Shown here piece after piece: positions 49,106-59,125 of a stretch of DNA of 64,000 bases. The first letter of the stretch is position 1. Each line of letters begins with the position of its first letter. The notes under the pieces were generated by a model. The model was given only the letters and a program-made list of their open reading frames with translations. It was not told the DNA's origin and ran no database searches. Where the stretch lies: positions 128,001-192,000 of the forward strand of contig CAWHDT010000003.1 of the NCBI GenBank assembly GCA_963828195.1, read 5' to 3'. The stretch comes from Candidatus Bathyarchaeota archaeon (GTDB lineage: Archaea > Thermoproteota > Bathyarchaeia > Bathyarchaeales > Bathycorpusculaceae). The translations under genes and the position numbers were made by a program.

Positions 49106-49641
49106 AATGCAGTAGTGTACAGATGAAGCTAAAAAGACTTTTCACAAAAACCAACGTTTGCCATCACAAAATAAAAAATAAGCTACATCCATGTTGCCAT
49201 CTGATTCTTTTTGCGCACGTTCTTTGATTTTCAGGTAAATGTTTTTGTCAGATACGGAGCAGTTAAATCTTCGTCACTAAAACTCTTGACAACTGAAATA
49301 TTATTTTTCGGAATACGCCAAGTTTTCGAGGATTATCCGTTTTTTAAATCTGCAAACAGATAGGCGGTTATTGCCATTCAAGATACCAAAACATCTTCTT
49401 TACATAACTTGAACATAATTTCTCTGCCCAAGAAATCAATGTTTTTTTCATTTATTTTTTGCCTTCACGAATTATGGAGGTAAAAAATAAGCCTTAAAGA
49501 TATGTGACTGTTTAGGTGTATCCACATTTTCCTTCGATTTTTAACTTGAAATTTACTCTTTTTTTGTATGTTGAGAAAAACATCGAGGATCGGCAGAAAA
49601 AGCTAACGCTAATGGGGATTCTCCGGAGATGTTTGAAGTTA

Positions 49642-49854
49642 TTACATTCGGTTGAAATATTCTAGCGGGGCATACCAGGAAACTGTAATTGTTTTTTTGC
49701 AGTTGTTGCACTTAAGTTTTGTTTTAACAATCTTGCCGTAGAAACTGTTCGGAAGAGGATTTACAAATGAAAATGCGGTATGCAGCTTATCAGGCGGCTC
49801 AACTTCAAGGATTTCATTGCAGAAGGGACACTCGAGGGTAGCCATCACATCCAC
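49642..49854 (-). CDS. Small zinc-ribbon (CPxC...CxxC) protein
   Basis: CPFC and CNNC. Confidence 0.7.
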   Translation of the reverse strand: MDVMATLECPFCNEILEVEPPDKLHTAFSFVNPLPNSFYGKIVKTKLKCNNCKKTITVSWYAPLEYFNRM

Positions 49855-50063
49855 CTTCCACTAATAATACCCTACTCTAAGGTAAAAAATTTGCGATGCC
49901 ATATCACAACAAAAAGCCCTCGCACTCGATTGTCAAGTTAGAAACCCCGTTTTTCTTTACAAAATCCGAAGTAATTTTCAATGGGTAATGTTTCTCGCTC
50001 AAATATCGGAATTTGCCATCGCGCTGCCTTCGAACCCGGCATGGATAATTCTTTAATCTTAAG

Positions 50064-50384
50064 CTATTTCTTCGTGATTTCAACAAGTATTTTCCCATTT
50101 TCGATTTTGCATCGGTAACATTCCAGTTTTACTTGAGGAATTTCCTGGTATTGCCCATTTCGAACGTCAAATTTCCAGCCATGACACGGGCACATAACAA
50201 TGTAGCCTGCAAGGATTCCCCTTTCAAAAGAGCACCCCTCATGCGGGCAAAAGTTTGAAACCCCAAAAACTTCGTCGCCCACTCGCACCAGCAAAATCGG
50301 TTTGCCCTTGATGCGGACGGGTTTCATGTGGCCATCTTTGAGTTCGCTCTCTTTTATGCTGGAGACAAAATCGTTTTTGCTCAT
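50064..50384 (-). CDS. Rieske [2Fe-2S] ferredoxin
   Basis: CPH...CPCHGWKFD. Confidence 0.92.
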   Translation of the reverse strand: MSKNDFVSSIKESELKDGHMKPVRIKGKPILLVRVGDEVFGVSNFCPHEGCSFERGILAGYIVMCPCHGWKFDVRNGQYQEIPQVKLECYRCKIENGKILVEITKK

Positions 50385-50442
50385 GCGTTTGCCTTCAAAC
50401 TACTTTGCTCGGCAAAGAAAAAAATTGTTCGTCATGACACGT

Positions 50443-51813
50443 TCACGTCATAAACCTCTTCACGGTTTCATAAAGTATGCTTGTTCCATAAACAAGGTTC
50501 TCGACAGTTATTCTCTCGTCAATGCCGTGCATCCGCTTCTCTAACTGATCGTTAGGTTCATCCGGAATCATCGGCTGGAATCCGTAGCATACGCTGCCAG
50601 TTTCCCTAAAGAACCGCGAATCCGTACCCCCAGTTGTTAATGTTGGAGTTACTCCGCAGCCTGGCTCAAACTCACCGAGAACTTTGGCGATGGTGCTGTA
50701 AAGTGGTGTGTCAGTCGTTGATTCTGATCCGCCGTGCGCTTGAATAAATTCAAATGTCAGCTTGTCCAAGCCCACATCTTTAAGCAAACTTTTGATTAAA
50801 CTAATCGTTTCGTTGACATCTTGTCCAGGCAGGATTCTGCAGTCAAAAACAGCCTCGCAGTCTGAAGGAATAATATTTTCTTTAACTCCTCCGCGAATCA
50901 TAGTTGGGGCGATGGTCATTTTGGTCCGAGGTCTAATTTCCTCAGCTAAAGCCCTATCTTTTTTTGCCAACTCATCTAGTATCAGTTCACTCTGCGTTGG
51001 ATTAGCTAGTAAATGAGTAAAAGTTCCGTCAAGGTCAGGGTCCTGTTTTGCCATTTGAGCAAGGAACTGCTTTAATGTGGGTACATAGATGGTCGGCGGC
51101 TTGTAGTCCGCAAGTTTATCGATAACTTTGTTCATGCGCAAAACCGCGTTGTCCGCCATATTAGGGGTGGAGCCGTGTCCAGGTGTCCCTTTAGCTTTTA
51201 TTTTAAGCCACAGAATCCCCTTTTCAGCCGTTTGAACGGGAAAAACATAGCCGTTTTTCGAGGGGAAAGCCAATCCGCCCCCTTCGTTAATAACATATGG
51301 GCACCAAACTTTTTCTTTATGGTGGCTCAGAAGGTAACCTGCCCCCTGTTCCCCACCTTGTTCCTCATCTGCGGTGGCTGCCAAAACTATGTCGCCTTTG
51401 AGGTTGATGTTGTTTTTCTTTAAGAGCTTGAGAACCATGATTTCGATGGCGGTCATGCATTTCATGTCGTAAGCTCCTCTGCCGTAAACGTAGCCATCTT
51501 TGACCACTCCTGCAAACGGGTCAACGGACCACTCATCGGGGTTGGCTGCAACCACGTCAAGATGCGACAGTAAAAGAAGGTTGGGTTTTTCGCCTGTTCC
51601 CGTAAGTCGCGTGATTACGCTGCCTCTTCCAGGCGCTGACTCGATAATTTCTGTTTTAAACCCATCTTTAGCCAGATACTCCGCTATGTAAGTGGCTGCT
51701 TTTATTTCGTTTCCAGGCGGATTGGTCGTATCAATCCGTATTAACTCTCCAAGTAATTGCGTGACTTCTTGTTTTGTATCATTTAAAATTTGAGGCGGCA
51801 TTATTTTTTCCAA
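50443..51813 (-). CDS. M20/M25/M40 metallopeptidase/deacylase
   Basis: TTNPPGNE, SHLDVV, GRGAYDMK, ADEE, HGIDER. Confidence 0.93.
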   Translation of the reverse strand: MEKIMPPQILNDTKQEVTQLLGELIRIDTTNPPGNEIKAATYIAEYLAKDGFKTEIIESAPGRGSVITRLTGTGEKPNLLLLSHLDVVAANPDEWSVDPFAGVVKDGYVYGRGAYDMKCMTAIEIMVLKLLKKNNINLKGDIVLAATADEEQGGEQGAGYLLSHHKEKVWCPYVINEGGGLAFPSKNGYVFPVQTAEKGILWLKIKAKGTPGHGSTPNMADNAVLRMNKVIDKLADYKPPTIYVPTLKQFLAQMAKQDPDLDGTFTHLLANPTQSELILDELAKKDRALAEEIRPRTKMTIAPTMIRGGVKENIIPSDCEAVFDCRILPGQDVNETISLIKSLLKDVGLDKLTFEFIQAHGGSESTTDTPLYSTIAKVLGEFEPGCGVTPTLTTGGTDSRFFRETGSVCYGFQPMIPDEPNDQLEKRMHGIDERITVENLVYGTSILYETVKRFMT

Positions 51814-51945
51814 GCTCCTTAAGTTGTTTACGTGTTTTTTCTCTTAAAAGTATCTATGGTCCTATTACTGTTGCCGTGTTAGACGGGAACAATTTTTTGC
51901 TTATTGGACAATGATGTTTATATATGATGCCAAAAAACCTATTGA

Positions 51946-52470
51946 ATGATAAAGTTGGTTGCAATGAAAGAACTGAAACCGATAGATTACAAAATACTGT
52001 TTGAATTAATGAAGGATTCTCACAGAAGCGATAGGCAACTGGCAAAATCTTTAGGTGTTTCCCAGCCTACTGTGACCCGAAGAAGAGCGATGCTTGAGGA
52101 AAACTTCATAGAAGGATACACTGTCATACCAAAGTTTGGTCAAATCGGGTTTGAAATAGCCGCTTTAACTTTTTTGAAAAGCAAACTTAAACTTAAAACA
52201 GGCGAAGAAAAAAATCAAGCTTTAAAGAAAATGAGAGATTGGTACATGAAACAACCCAACGTGATTCTCGTTATGGAGGGAAGAGGCATGGGTTGGGATG
52301 CCGTCTGCATTTCGCTTCACGAAAACTTTTCGAATTTCGCTGATTTCATAAGAGCGCATGATTCAGAACTGTCAGAATGGGTGATTGAAAGCCAAACTTT
52401 CCACGCTGATCTGAAAGCTGGAATCATAATTAAGCCATTGCACCTGAAATACTTGACTGCACCAAAATAA
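51946..52470 (+). CDS. Lrp/AsnC-family transcriptional regulator
   Basis: wHTH IDYKIL..DSHRSDRQLAKSLGVSQPTVTRR. Confidence 0.88.
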   Translation: MIKLVAMKELKPIDYKILFELMKDSHRSDRQLAKSLGVSQPTVTRRRAMLEENFIEGYTVIPKFGQIGFEIAALTFLKSKLKLKTGEEKNQALKKMRDWYMKQPNVILVMEGRGMGWDAVCISLHENFSNFADFIRAHDSELSEWVIESQTFHADLKAGIIIKPLHLKYLTAPK

Positions 52471-52700
52471 GCCCAATTCCCAATGATTTAAAACAGCCAG
52501 ATTTCTCTTTTTATTCAATCATTTTTAAACATGTTTAATGGTCAGCAACGGGCTTTTGCGGGGTAATTTAATCTCTAAAAGAGAAAGACTTTGAATTCTG
52601 CCCCTTTTCGCAAAAACGCCTTATGTGCCGACGTTGAATTTTTGGTTATTCGGCGATAAACGCTTGAGTTTTTGCTGAACTGAAAAGTGAATAATCGGTT

Positions 52701-52836
52701 GTGATTGGAGGGCAGCTTCGTGTGTTGGCTACCCATGGCCATCCGTCATCGAGGAGAAAGGAGAAGGCTTCGAAAACGGAAAAATTCTTTTGGCTTGAGT
52801 GGTTTAGCCTTCAACCGTTACTTACCCTCCAATCAC
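52701..52836 (-). ncRNA. Candidate structured RNA or small-ORF mRNA closed by a terminal stem
   Basis: Perfect 12-bp IR GTGATTGGAGGG/CCCTCCAATCAC, internal IR GAAGGCT/AGCCTTC, minus-strand TTTTAA about 27 nt upstream. Confidence 0.45.
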
Positions 52837-52915
52837 TAAACAATCATGATACTGCAAAACACTTAAAAGACTTATGAATCAGAAATAAAGATTAATAATA
52901 AACAGGAAAAAAAAA

Positions 52916-53482
52916 TTATATTATGGCTAAGACGCCTTCCAAAATCTTCGCTTCTGGAACATCCAATTGCTTGGATAAAGATGCTTTCAGAATCGACGAG
53001 AACTTTGGAAAAGCGCCGTTGTACGTGATGATTTGGTCGCCTTTGAGGGCATCAGCTTGAAAAACCTTTTCATCTTCTTTGTAGGAGAAAGATACTGTTT
53101 GGGCGTGGAACGATAGAGCTTGAAAATCTTCCCATTGCTTGCACCGCAAAATTACAGAAGGCTTGCCTTGAGCCACCGAAACAGGTGCAGTTTGACTTAA
53201 AGATTGGCTTGTTTGCTCTTTGACGGCTGCTGGAGGTTCTTCTTTAGGTGCGCTGCTTGACATGTGAGTGATTAAGTTTGTTACTTCTTTCTGCATATTG
53301 TTTATTTTTTCTTCAATTTTTTCCACTTTACCAGTTATTTCGCCTGCATCTCCAAGTTGCTCGGTAACCGTTGCCAGTTCATTAATTAATTTGTCTAAAT
53401 CGCTCTCATGTTCTTTGAGAACGTTTACTATGAAGTCTAAGGCCTCTAAGGCATCATCCTTTGATTGCGGATTCTTCGTCAA
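52916..53482 (-). CDS. Hypothetical coiled-coil protein
   Basis: Heptad-rich N-half, linker, small C-terminal alpha/beta domain. Confidence 0.75.
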   Translation of the reverse strand: MTKNPQSKDDALEALDFIVNVLKEHESDLDKLINELATVTEQLGDAGEITGKVEKIEEKINNMQKEVTNLITHMSSSAPKEEPPAAVKEQTSQSLSQTAPVSVAQGKPSVILRCKQWEDFQALSFHAQTVSFSYKEDEKVFQADALKGDQIITYNGAFPKFSSILKASLSKQLDVPEAKILEGVLAII

Positions 53483-53792
53483 CTAACACATCCCCCATTG
53501 TCTGCCACTCATTATGACGAAACTGTAAATAAAGATAGCGAATCCTCAAGTAATATCACAATAGATGCACACCTATAACTATTAAGAATCATATGTCCTA
53601 ATATATGAAGCTTTACGATACAATACTGGTTTCATGCCTGAATCGCCACCACAAATAAAGCGCCCCAGAAACGCCATGGCTAATCAATGACATTTCCATA
53701 CGCAACAAACTAGCTACATTACCTTCATAGTTTTCTCAATTTTTCGGCAGTATTTTTGCTTGTTTTGTATTTTTTGGCTGTTTTTGCTTCTT

Positions 53793-56318
53793 TTACTCTT
53801 TTATGTCCCCTAAAACGCTGAGTGCTACAACTATAATTATGAAAATGAAGTATACTGCGCCAGTTATCAAAAGTGAATTGTGGAAAATCGGTTCTGCCGT
53901 GAGAACTTTAGTTGAAGGCAGCGGAATATCATAATCTAAAGTGAAAGCTACATAGAAGCTCAGTCCTAACACCTGAGTCAGGTAGAGAAGCAAGTTTACC
54001 AGTTTACTGTTCAGCATATAGCGTTTCTTAGAGATTCTACCCGCGTCTTTAGTTTTGGCGGATGCAGCGAAGAGTAGGCATAGGCCGACGAAGGGTGTTG
54101 TCACTGCCCACAGGTCTAGGTAGCCGTGGCCTAGGAACCAAGCGTACCATGTGCCCCATCCTCCGACAGCACCAAAAATAAGGTATAATAGGAAAATCAA
54201 AAGCAGGTACATGCCTAATGCTGTGACGATTATGCCTAATGTTTTCAGATTAATTGTTTTCGATGAGAGGTCCATTTTCTGGCCTGATTTTCTCGCGAAG
54301 AAAGCAATATAGATGAAAAGCAGGAATAACCCAACCGTTGTCAAGATGAAACTAAGCAGGTTTATTGGCCACTGTGTGATGTAGCCTGTTCCTTTTGTGA
54401 TTACTGCGCCTATCCAGTTGCCCGCGTTGCTTAGCCAAAAAACAAACAGGTATGCGGCGCCTGCGATCAGCCCCCATTTTATTTGTTTTGCAACGGGTTT
54501 GTTCGGGTTTAATTCATAAAATAATTTGGCCAGCACAACCGGAATTAATGTTCCTTCAGCCAACCCCGGCAAAGTAAGTTGGAATACTTTTGCCAGCGCA
54601 AAGTGGAATCCGCCTGGGATGCCTTCGACAAAAACTGAGGGCCAGAAGGAAAATATGAAATAGCCTATTTCGAAGATTAGAATCAGTCTGAGGGCCATGA
54701 AGGCTTCTGGTTTTGACAGGTCTCTTCTTGCAACATAGAAGAGGACGGCGATGACGACGATGATGCTTGCTCCGAGGCAGCAGCTGATTCCCAGCGAGGA
54801 AGGTATATCTTCAAACGCCAGTCGGCCCACTGTGTGGCGGTTGTAAACGGTTAGGAAGAAGTCGTAGAGGTTGTAGGAAATCCAAGAAAGCGCAACAAGC
54901 AGCAACCCAATTCTGAAAGTCGTATCCGTTGAACTGGCTTTAAGTGTAGGTTGAGTAAAATTTGTTGTAGCTGCGGCTGGTTCAGCGCCGGCGTTGTTTT
55001 CAGGAATGGACTCAGCGGCGGGGTCACTAATCGGATCGGGAAGTGGGTCAATAACAGTAACTGATTCAGTAATTGGAGTAATTGGATCGGCGATTGGAGT
55101 AACTGGAATATTTGGAGTAAGTGGTCCAATGCTCACCTCGTTTTTTAGGGATCGCGGGGTTGGGGGTAAAGGATTTTCGTTGGGTTTTAATTGCTTTTTT
55201 AGTTGTTCCTTGAAAATTGATCTGCAGCGTTCTATGGCGCGTTCTCTATTGCTGTCAACATCGATTTTATCTATGGAACTTTTTAGCTCATCTCTGTCCA
55301 CGTTGAAGTTAGTTTTGGCAGATAGATCCGTCAAGACACTTTCAAGCTGACTGACTTCTCTTTCGTTATCTTTGTCTCCAACAGCCTTCCCGAGTAAAAG
55401 GTCATTTAAAATAAAATATGCCGAAATCACATTCTTAGCATCATTAAAATTTGGGTGATTCACTTTAAATTCATCATTAACGCCCAAGCCATTAAAATAT
55501 TCGTATACTGATTTAATGAAGCTGCTAGCTTCGTTTGAAACTTCTTTAGGAATCTGTTTTTTTACCGCTTGAATGATTTTTGTGAAGTCCAAGTTCGAAG
55601 GCGGCGTATTTTGGACTGTGAAGGTGGTGTTTGCTCCAAAACGGTTTAAGAAGCCTTCCAGGTTTTCCCAGTTTATCCGTTTCGCCTCTAAACCCATCAG
55701 AATGTTAAATGATAGGTCAACAACACCAAGTGAAGCGTTAATTTCCTCCAACAATTCGTTTTTTCCCAAAGAGGCTTTATCGATAGCCTCATGAGATTTT
55801 TCAGCGGGTTTCCCAACAGATACCGGAACAGATTGCACAATTGGTTGCACGAATGGCTTCGCTTCTGGTTTTGCAATGGGCGGCTCAACAGATGCAGGAA
55901 CAGATTCCGTAACCGGTTTCTCAATAGACTTCTCAGCGGGAACCTCTGCAAATTCAGCGGGTTTCTCAACCGTTTGCTCGGTGGGAACCTCTGGGGGGTT
56001 CTGTTTGGTCTCAAGTAATGTGTTAACTTGCTCTATTAATGGGCTGAATAAGTCGGGATTTTGTTTGGTGAAGAAACTGTTAGTGGTGCCTTTCCAAGTT
56101 ATGCTTATCTCTTTCCCAAATTTCTCAATGTGCTCAATTTCAAGAACGGGAATTTCCCCAACAACAACCCAATTTTTTTTACCGAAGCCTTTGCTGGTAG
56201 CAAAAAACTTGGCTATATTATCGGAAACCTCAAGTTTGGCTACCTCGAGGGGTTTCTGCTTTTTTTTCGGCGTTTCCTTCTTGCCTTCGGAATCATTGGA
56301 TTGTGTTGCAAGTTTCAT
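53793..56318 (-). CDS. Large hypothetical protein: soluble N-half plus polytopic membrane C-half
   Basis: 841-aa ORF; Pro-rich linkers; about 10 TM in C-terminal part. Confidence 0.8.
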   Translation of the reverse strand: MKLATQSNDSEGKKETPKKKQKPLEVAKLEVSDNIAKFFATSKGFGKKNWVVVGEIPVLEIEHIEKFGKEISITWKGTTNSFFTKQNPDLFSPLIEQVNTLLETKQNPPEVPTEQTVEKPAEFAEVPAEKSIEKPVTESVPASVEPPIAKPEAKPFVQPIVQSVPVSVGKPAEKSHEAIDKASLGKNELLEEINASLGVVDLSFNILMGLEAKRINWENLEGFLNRFGANTTFTVQNTPPSNLDFTKIIQAVKKQIPKEVSNEASSFIKSVYEYFNGLGVNDEFKVNHPNFNDAKNVISAYFILNDLLLGKAVGDKDNEREVSQLESVLTDLSAKTNFNVDRDELKSSIDKIDVDSNRERAIERCRSIFKEQLKKQLKPNENPLPPTPRSLKNEVSIGPLTPNIPVTPIADPITPITESVTVIDPLPDPISDPAAESIPENNAGAEPAAATTNFTQPTLKASSTDTTFRIGLLLVALSWISYNLYDFFLTVYNRHTVGRLAFEDIPSSLGISCCLGASIIVVIAVLFYVARRDLSKPEAFMALRLILIFEIGYFIFSFWPSVFVEGIPGGFHFALAKVFQLTLPGLAEGTLIPVVLAKLFYELNPNKPVAKQIKWGLIAGAAYLFVFWLSNAGNWIGAVITKGTGYITQWPINLLSFILTTVGLFLLFIYIAFFARKSGQKMDLSSKTINLKTLGIIVTALGMYLLLIFLLYLIFGAVGGWGTWYAWFLGHGYLDLWAVTTPFVGLCLLFAASAKTKDAGRISKKRYMLNSKLVNLLLYLTQVLGLSFYVAFTLDYDIPLPSTKVLTAEPIFHNSLLITGAVYFIFIIIVVALSVLGDIKE

Positions 56319-56597
56319 TTTGCATCTATCTTTAATTGCTTTTTCGATTTATAAATTGATGCATAAAAACGCTTAAAGTTAGCAGTATTGCAGGTTTTTA
56401 ACCCGGCGATTGGCGGTTTTCTTAGCGCCTGCCACCTTCTATTAGGTTCATATAGTGAATCGCGTCAGTTGGCTGTGGGCGAGCACTGGGAGAAGCATTT
56501 CTTAAAAAGAACAGAAACCAACGTTGTGGACACAAAAACGCCTTACCTAAGAGGATACCTGCTATTTGCGCCAAAAAACAACCACAAAAAGAAACAG

Positions 56598-56699
56598 GAA
56601 GAAGAAGAAAAATTGTTTTCACCAGCTTCTTCTTCTTTTGAAAATAAATATTGCCGAGAAGAACAACAGTTGTTTTCGGGGTGTTGTTCTTTCAAAATT
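56598..56699. repeat. Dispersed ~105-bp double-hairpin repeat, copy 2
   Basis: Near-identical to 31785-31891. Confidence 0.85.
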
Positions 56700-56740
56700 T
56701 TATAAAAATTAAAAGAAAAGGGAAGTGGGTTGGAAAGCGT

Positions 56741-58375
56741 TTACTTCATTATTGCTTTGAGGTCTTCGTCGGGGGTTTTGATGGGCATTATGTTGAATTT
56801 GTTGACAAGTACTTTGAGTATGTTTGGGGTTATGAAGGCTGGTAGGCTTGGTCCAATGCGTATGTCTTTTATGCCCAGGTACAGCAGCGAGAGGAGGATG
56901 GCGACTGCTTTCTGTTCGTACCATGACAGCACCATCGAGAGGGGCAAATCGTTTATTTGCACTCCGAAGGCGTCGGCTAAGACTTGAGCGATTTTGACGG
57001 CGGAGTAGGCGTCGTTGCATTGTCCGATATCGAGTAAACGTGGGATTTCGTCGATTGTGCCAAGTTCTTTGTCGAAGAAGCGGAATTTGCCGCATGCCAA
57101 CGTCAATATGACCGTGTTTTTGGGTGCTTTCTCAACGAATTCTGTGTAGTAGCTTCTGCCCGGCTTTGCACCGTCGCATCCTCCCACTAAGATGAAGCGC
57201 TTAATATGCCCGCTTTTGACTGAAGCAATGACTTTGTCAGCTACGCCCAGCACGGCGTTTCTGCCGAACCCAACTAGAACACTTTTGCCCTCAGCGTCTT
57301 CTTGGAAACCCGGCATCGCCAAGGCTTTCTGGATTACTGGCGAGAAGTCATTGCCGTTTATGTGCGGTACACCTGGGTAACCGACGGGTCCTGACGTGAA
57401 GATGTTGCCTTTGTAGCTTTCGACTGGTCTTTGGATGCAGTTGGTTGTCATCAAAATAGCGCCTGGGAAAGCAGCGAATTCTTTTTGCTGATTCTGCCAA
57501 GCGGTTCCGTAGTGACCGTAGAAATGCGGGTACTTGTTGAGTTTGGGGTAGCCGTGGGTAGGAAGCATTTCGCCGTGGGTATAGACGTAGATACCTTTGC
57601 TTTGGCTTTGCTTCAATATGTGTTCTAAATCGATGAGGTCGTGGCCAGAGACGAGGATGGCTTTGCCTGCTTTGTGACCCAGTGGAACTTTGGTTGGAGT
57701 GGGATGGCCATAGGTTTCCGTGTTGCCTGCGTCGAGGAGCTCCATAGCGCGTATGTTGATTTCGCCGCATTTGAAAACTAAACCGACAAAATCGTTGACG
57801 CCAAGAGACTTGTCAAAAGGAGCTGCGAGTCCTTCGTAAACGAAGTCGAAAACTTTGCTGTCTTTTTTCCCGAGCAGATAAGCGTGGTAAGCGTATGCTG
57901 CTACTCCTTTTAAGCCGTAAGTTAGGAGCCACTGAAGTGAATGCAGGTCAGAGTCAACTGCGGGTTCAGAGTTTACTCCATAGCATTTGCCCTGTGCAAC
58001 TAAGCCTTCTGTTGTGTTTTCCAGCTGCAGACTGAACGTGGAGTTAACTTTAGATTTTACCGCGTATAGTCGGCTGCGTATTTGCTCTTGGAACTGCCCT
58101 GTCTTTCTTATGTAGCCAGCTAGTGATTCGGGGTCAAAATTCACGTTTGTCAAAGTGGAAAACAATGCTTCGCAGGCGAAGACATCGATGTTTTCGTCTT
58201 TTACACCCGCTTTAGCTGCCTCGATCGACAGTTGGCTGAGCCCTCTTAGCATGTAGACAAGCAAGTCTTGAAGCGCCGCGACATCGGCGGATTTTCCGCA
58301 GACACCAGCAACGGTGCAGCCTTGCCCTTTGGCTGTTTGTTCACATTGGTAACAGAACATTTGGTTTTGACTCAA
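56741..58375 (-). CDS. hcp: Hybrid cluster protein (hydroxylamine reductase)
   Basis: MFCYQCEQTA..GCT..GVCGK, TLTNVNFD, YTHGEMLP, GGCDG, GQCNDAY, SWYEQKA. Confidence 0.97.
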   Translation of the reverse strand: MSQNQMFCYQCEQTAKGQGCTVAGVCGKSADVAALQDLLVYMLRGLSQLSIEAAKAGVKDENIDVFACEALFSTLTNVNFDPESLAGYIRKTGQFQEQIRSRLYAVKSKVNSTFSLQLENTTEGLVAQGKCYGVNSEPAVDSDLHSLQWLLTYGLKGVAAYAYHAYLLGKKDSKVFDFVYEGLAAPFDKSLGVNDFVGLVFKCGEINIRAMELLDAGNTETYGHPTPTKVPLGHKAGKAILVSGHDLIDLEHILKQSQSKGIYVYTHGEMLPTHGYPKLNKYPHFYGHYGTAWQNQQKEFAAFPGAILMTTNCIQRPVESYKGNIFTSGPVGYPGVPHINGNDFSPVIQKALAMPGFQEDAEGKSVLVGFGRNAVLGVADKVIASVKSGHIKRFILVGGCDGAKPGRSYYTEFVEKAPKNTVILTLACGKFRFFDKELGTIDEIPRLLDIGQCNDAYSAVKIAQVLADAFGVQINDLPLSMVLSWYEQKAVAILLSLLYLGIKDIRIGPSLPAFITPNILKVLVNKFNIMPIKTPDEDLKAIMK

Positions 58376-58528
58376 ACTTTACACCTACCTATGCATAACG
58401 CGGCTTACCAGATAGCCGTTATCCCTGATGTATTAGGGATTACGCTTCAACCTCCTCTACTAAAGATTGGCTCTGTCCGGAAGCAGGTGTAAAAAAGCTT
58501 TTATTGCAAATCATTTCTAAGAGTAATC

Positions 58529-59101
58529 ATGCGCTATAATGCTACAACCATAGCAATCTTAATTATTACAGTATTATTCGTTAGCGCAATCGCCGAAACG
58601 ATAGTTTATTTCAATAATGTTCTAAAAGAAAAAGATTCGAAGATTGCATCGTTGACTACCCAAATACCAAACCTAGTCAGCCAAATTTCAATTCTCAACA
58701 GCCAAATGGCAAATCTGACATCGCCAAATCTTGTAGCCACATTGAAAACCCAGGAGGTACCGAAGTTCTCTCAAGAATACCCAGGCGGACCAAATTACAC
58801 CATCCCCTATAATTTCGTTCAGATAACAGGTACAGTAACTAATTCGGGGGCAGGAACGGCATTCAACGCGGGTCTACACGTGGTTGGCTACGAGTTAAAT
58901 GGGCTATTGGTGGCTAACGTAACTGTTCCTTTGAGTTCAGGGTACTTCGGCTCTGACAATGCAACAGCCGCCTATAGCACAGGTGCCTCGCAATTCGGAA
59001 ATTTGGGCATTGGGCAAATAGCAAATATCAACGAAAGTATAATCCACGAAGGAGCCGTTTACAATTGGACTGCCACGCCAGTTTGGTCAAATTCGCCATA
59101 A
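58529..59101 (+). CDS. Membrane-anchored coiled-coil plus Ig-like hypothetical protein, paralog A
   Basis: TM, heptads, PYNFV..TG.VTN.G.GTAFN.GLHV, HEG..NWTATPVW. Confidence 0.75.
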   Translation: MRYNATTIAILIITVLFVSAIAETIVYFNNVLKEKDSKIASLTTQIPNLVSQISILNSQMANLTSPNLVATLKTQEVPKFSQEYPGGPNYTIPYNFVQITGTVTNSGAGTAFNAGLHVVGYELNGLLVANVTVPLSSGYFGSDNATAAYSTGASQFGNLGIGQIANINESIIHEGAVYNWTATPVWSNSP

Positions 59102-59125
59102 TCAAAAATCCTTGGAAGAAACAAC

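Noticed and set aside
49180-49470. Short minus-strand ORF fragments
   Set aside because: No recognisable homology or consistent frame; cannot support a pseudogene call
56388-56705. ORFs over the double-hairpin repeats (56388-56705, 56422-56622, 31825-32034)
   Set aside because: Indels between the two copies do not preserve frame; conservation is structural, not coding
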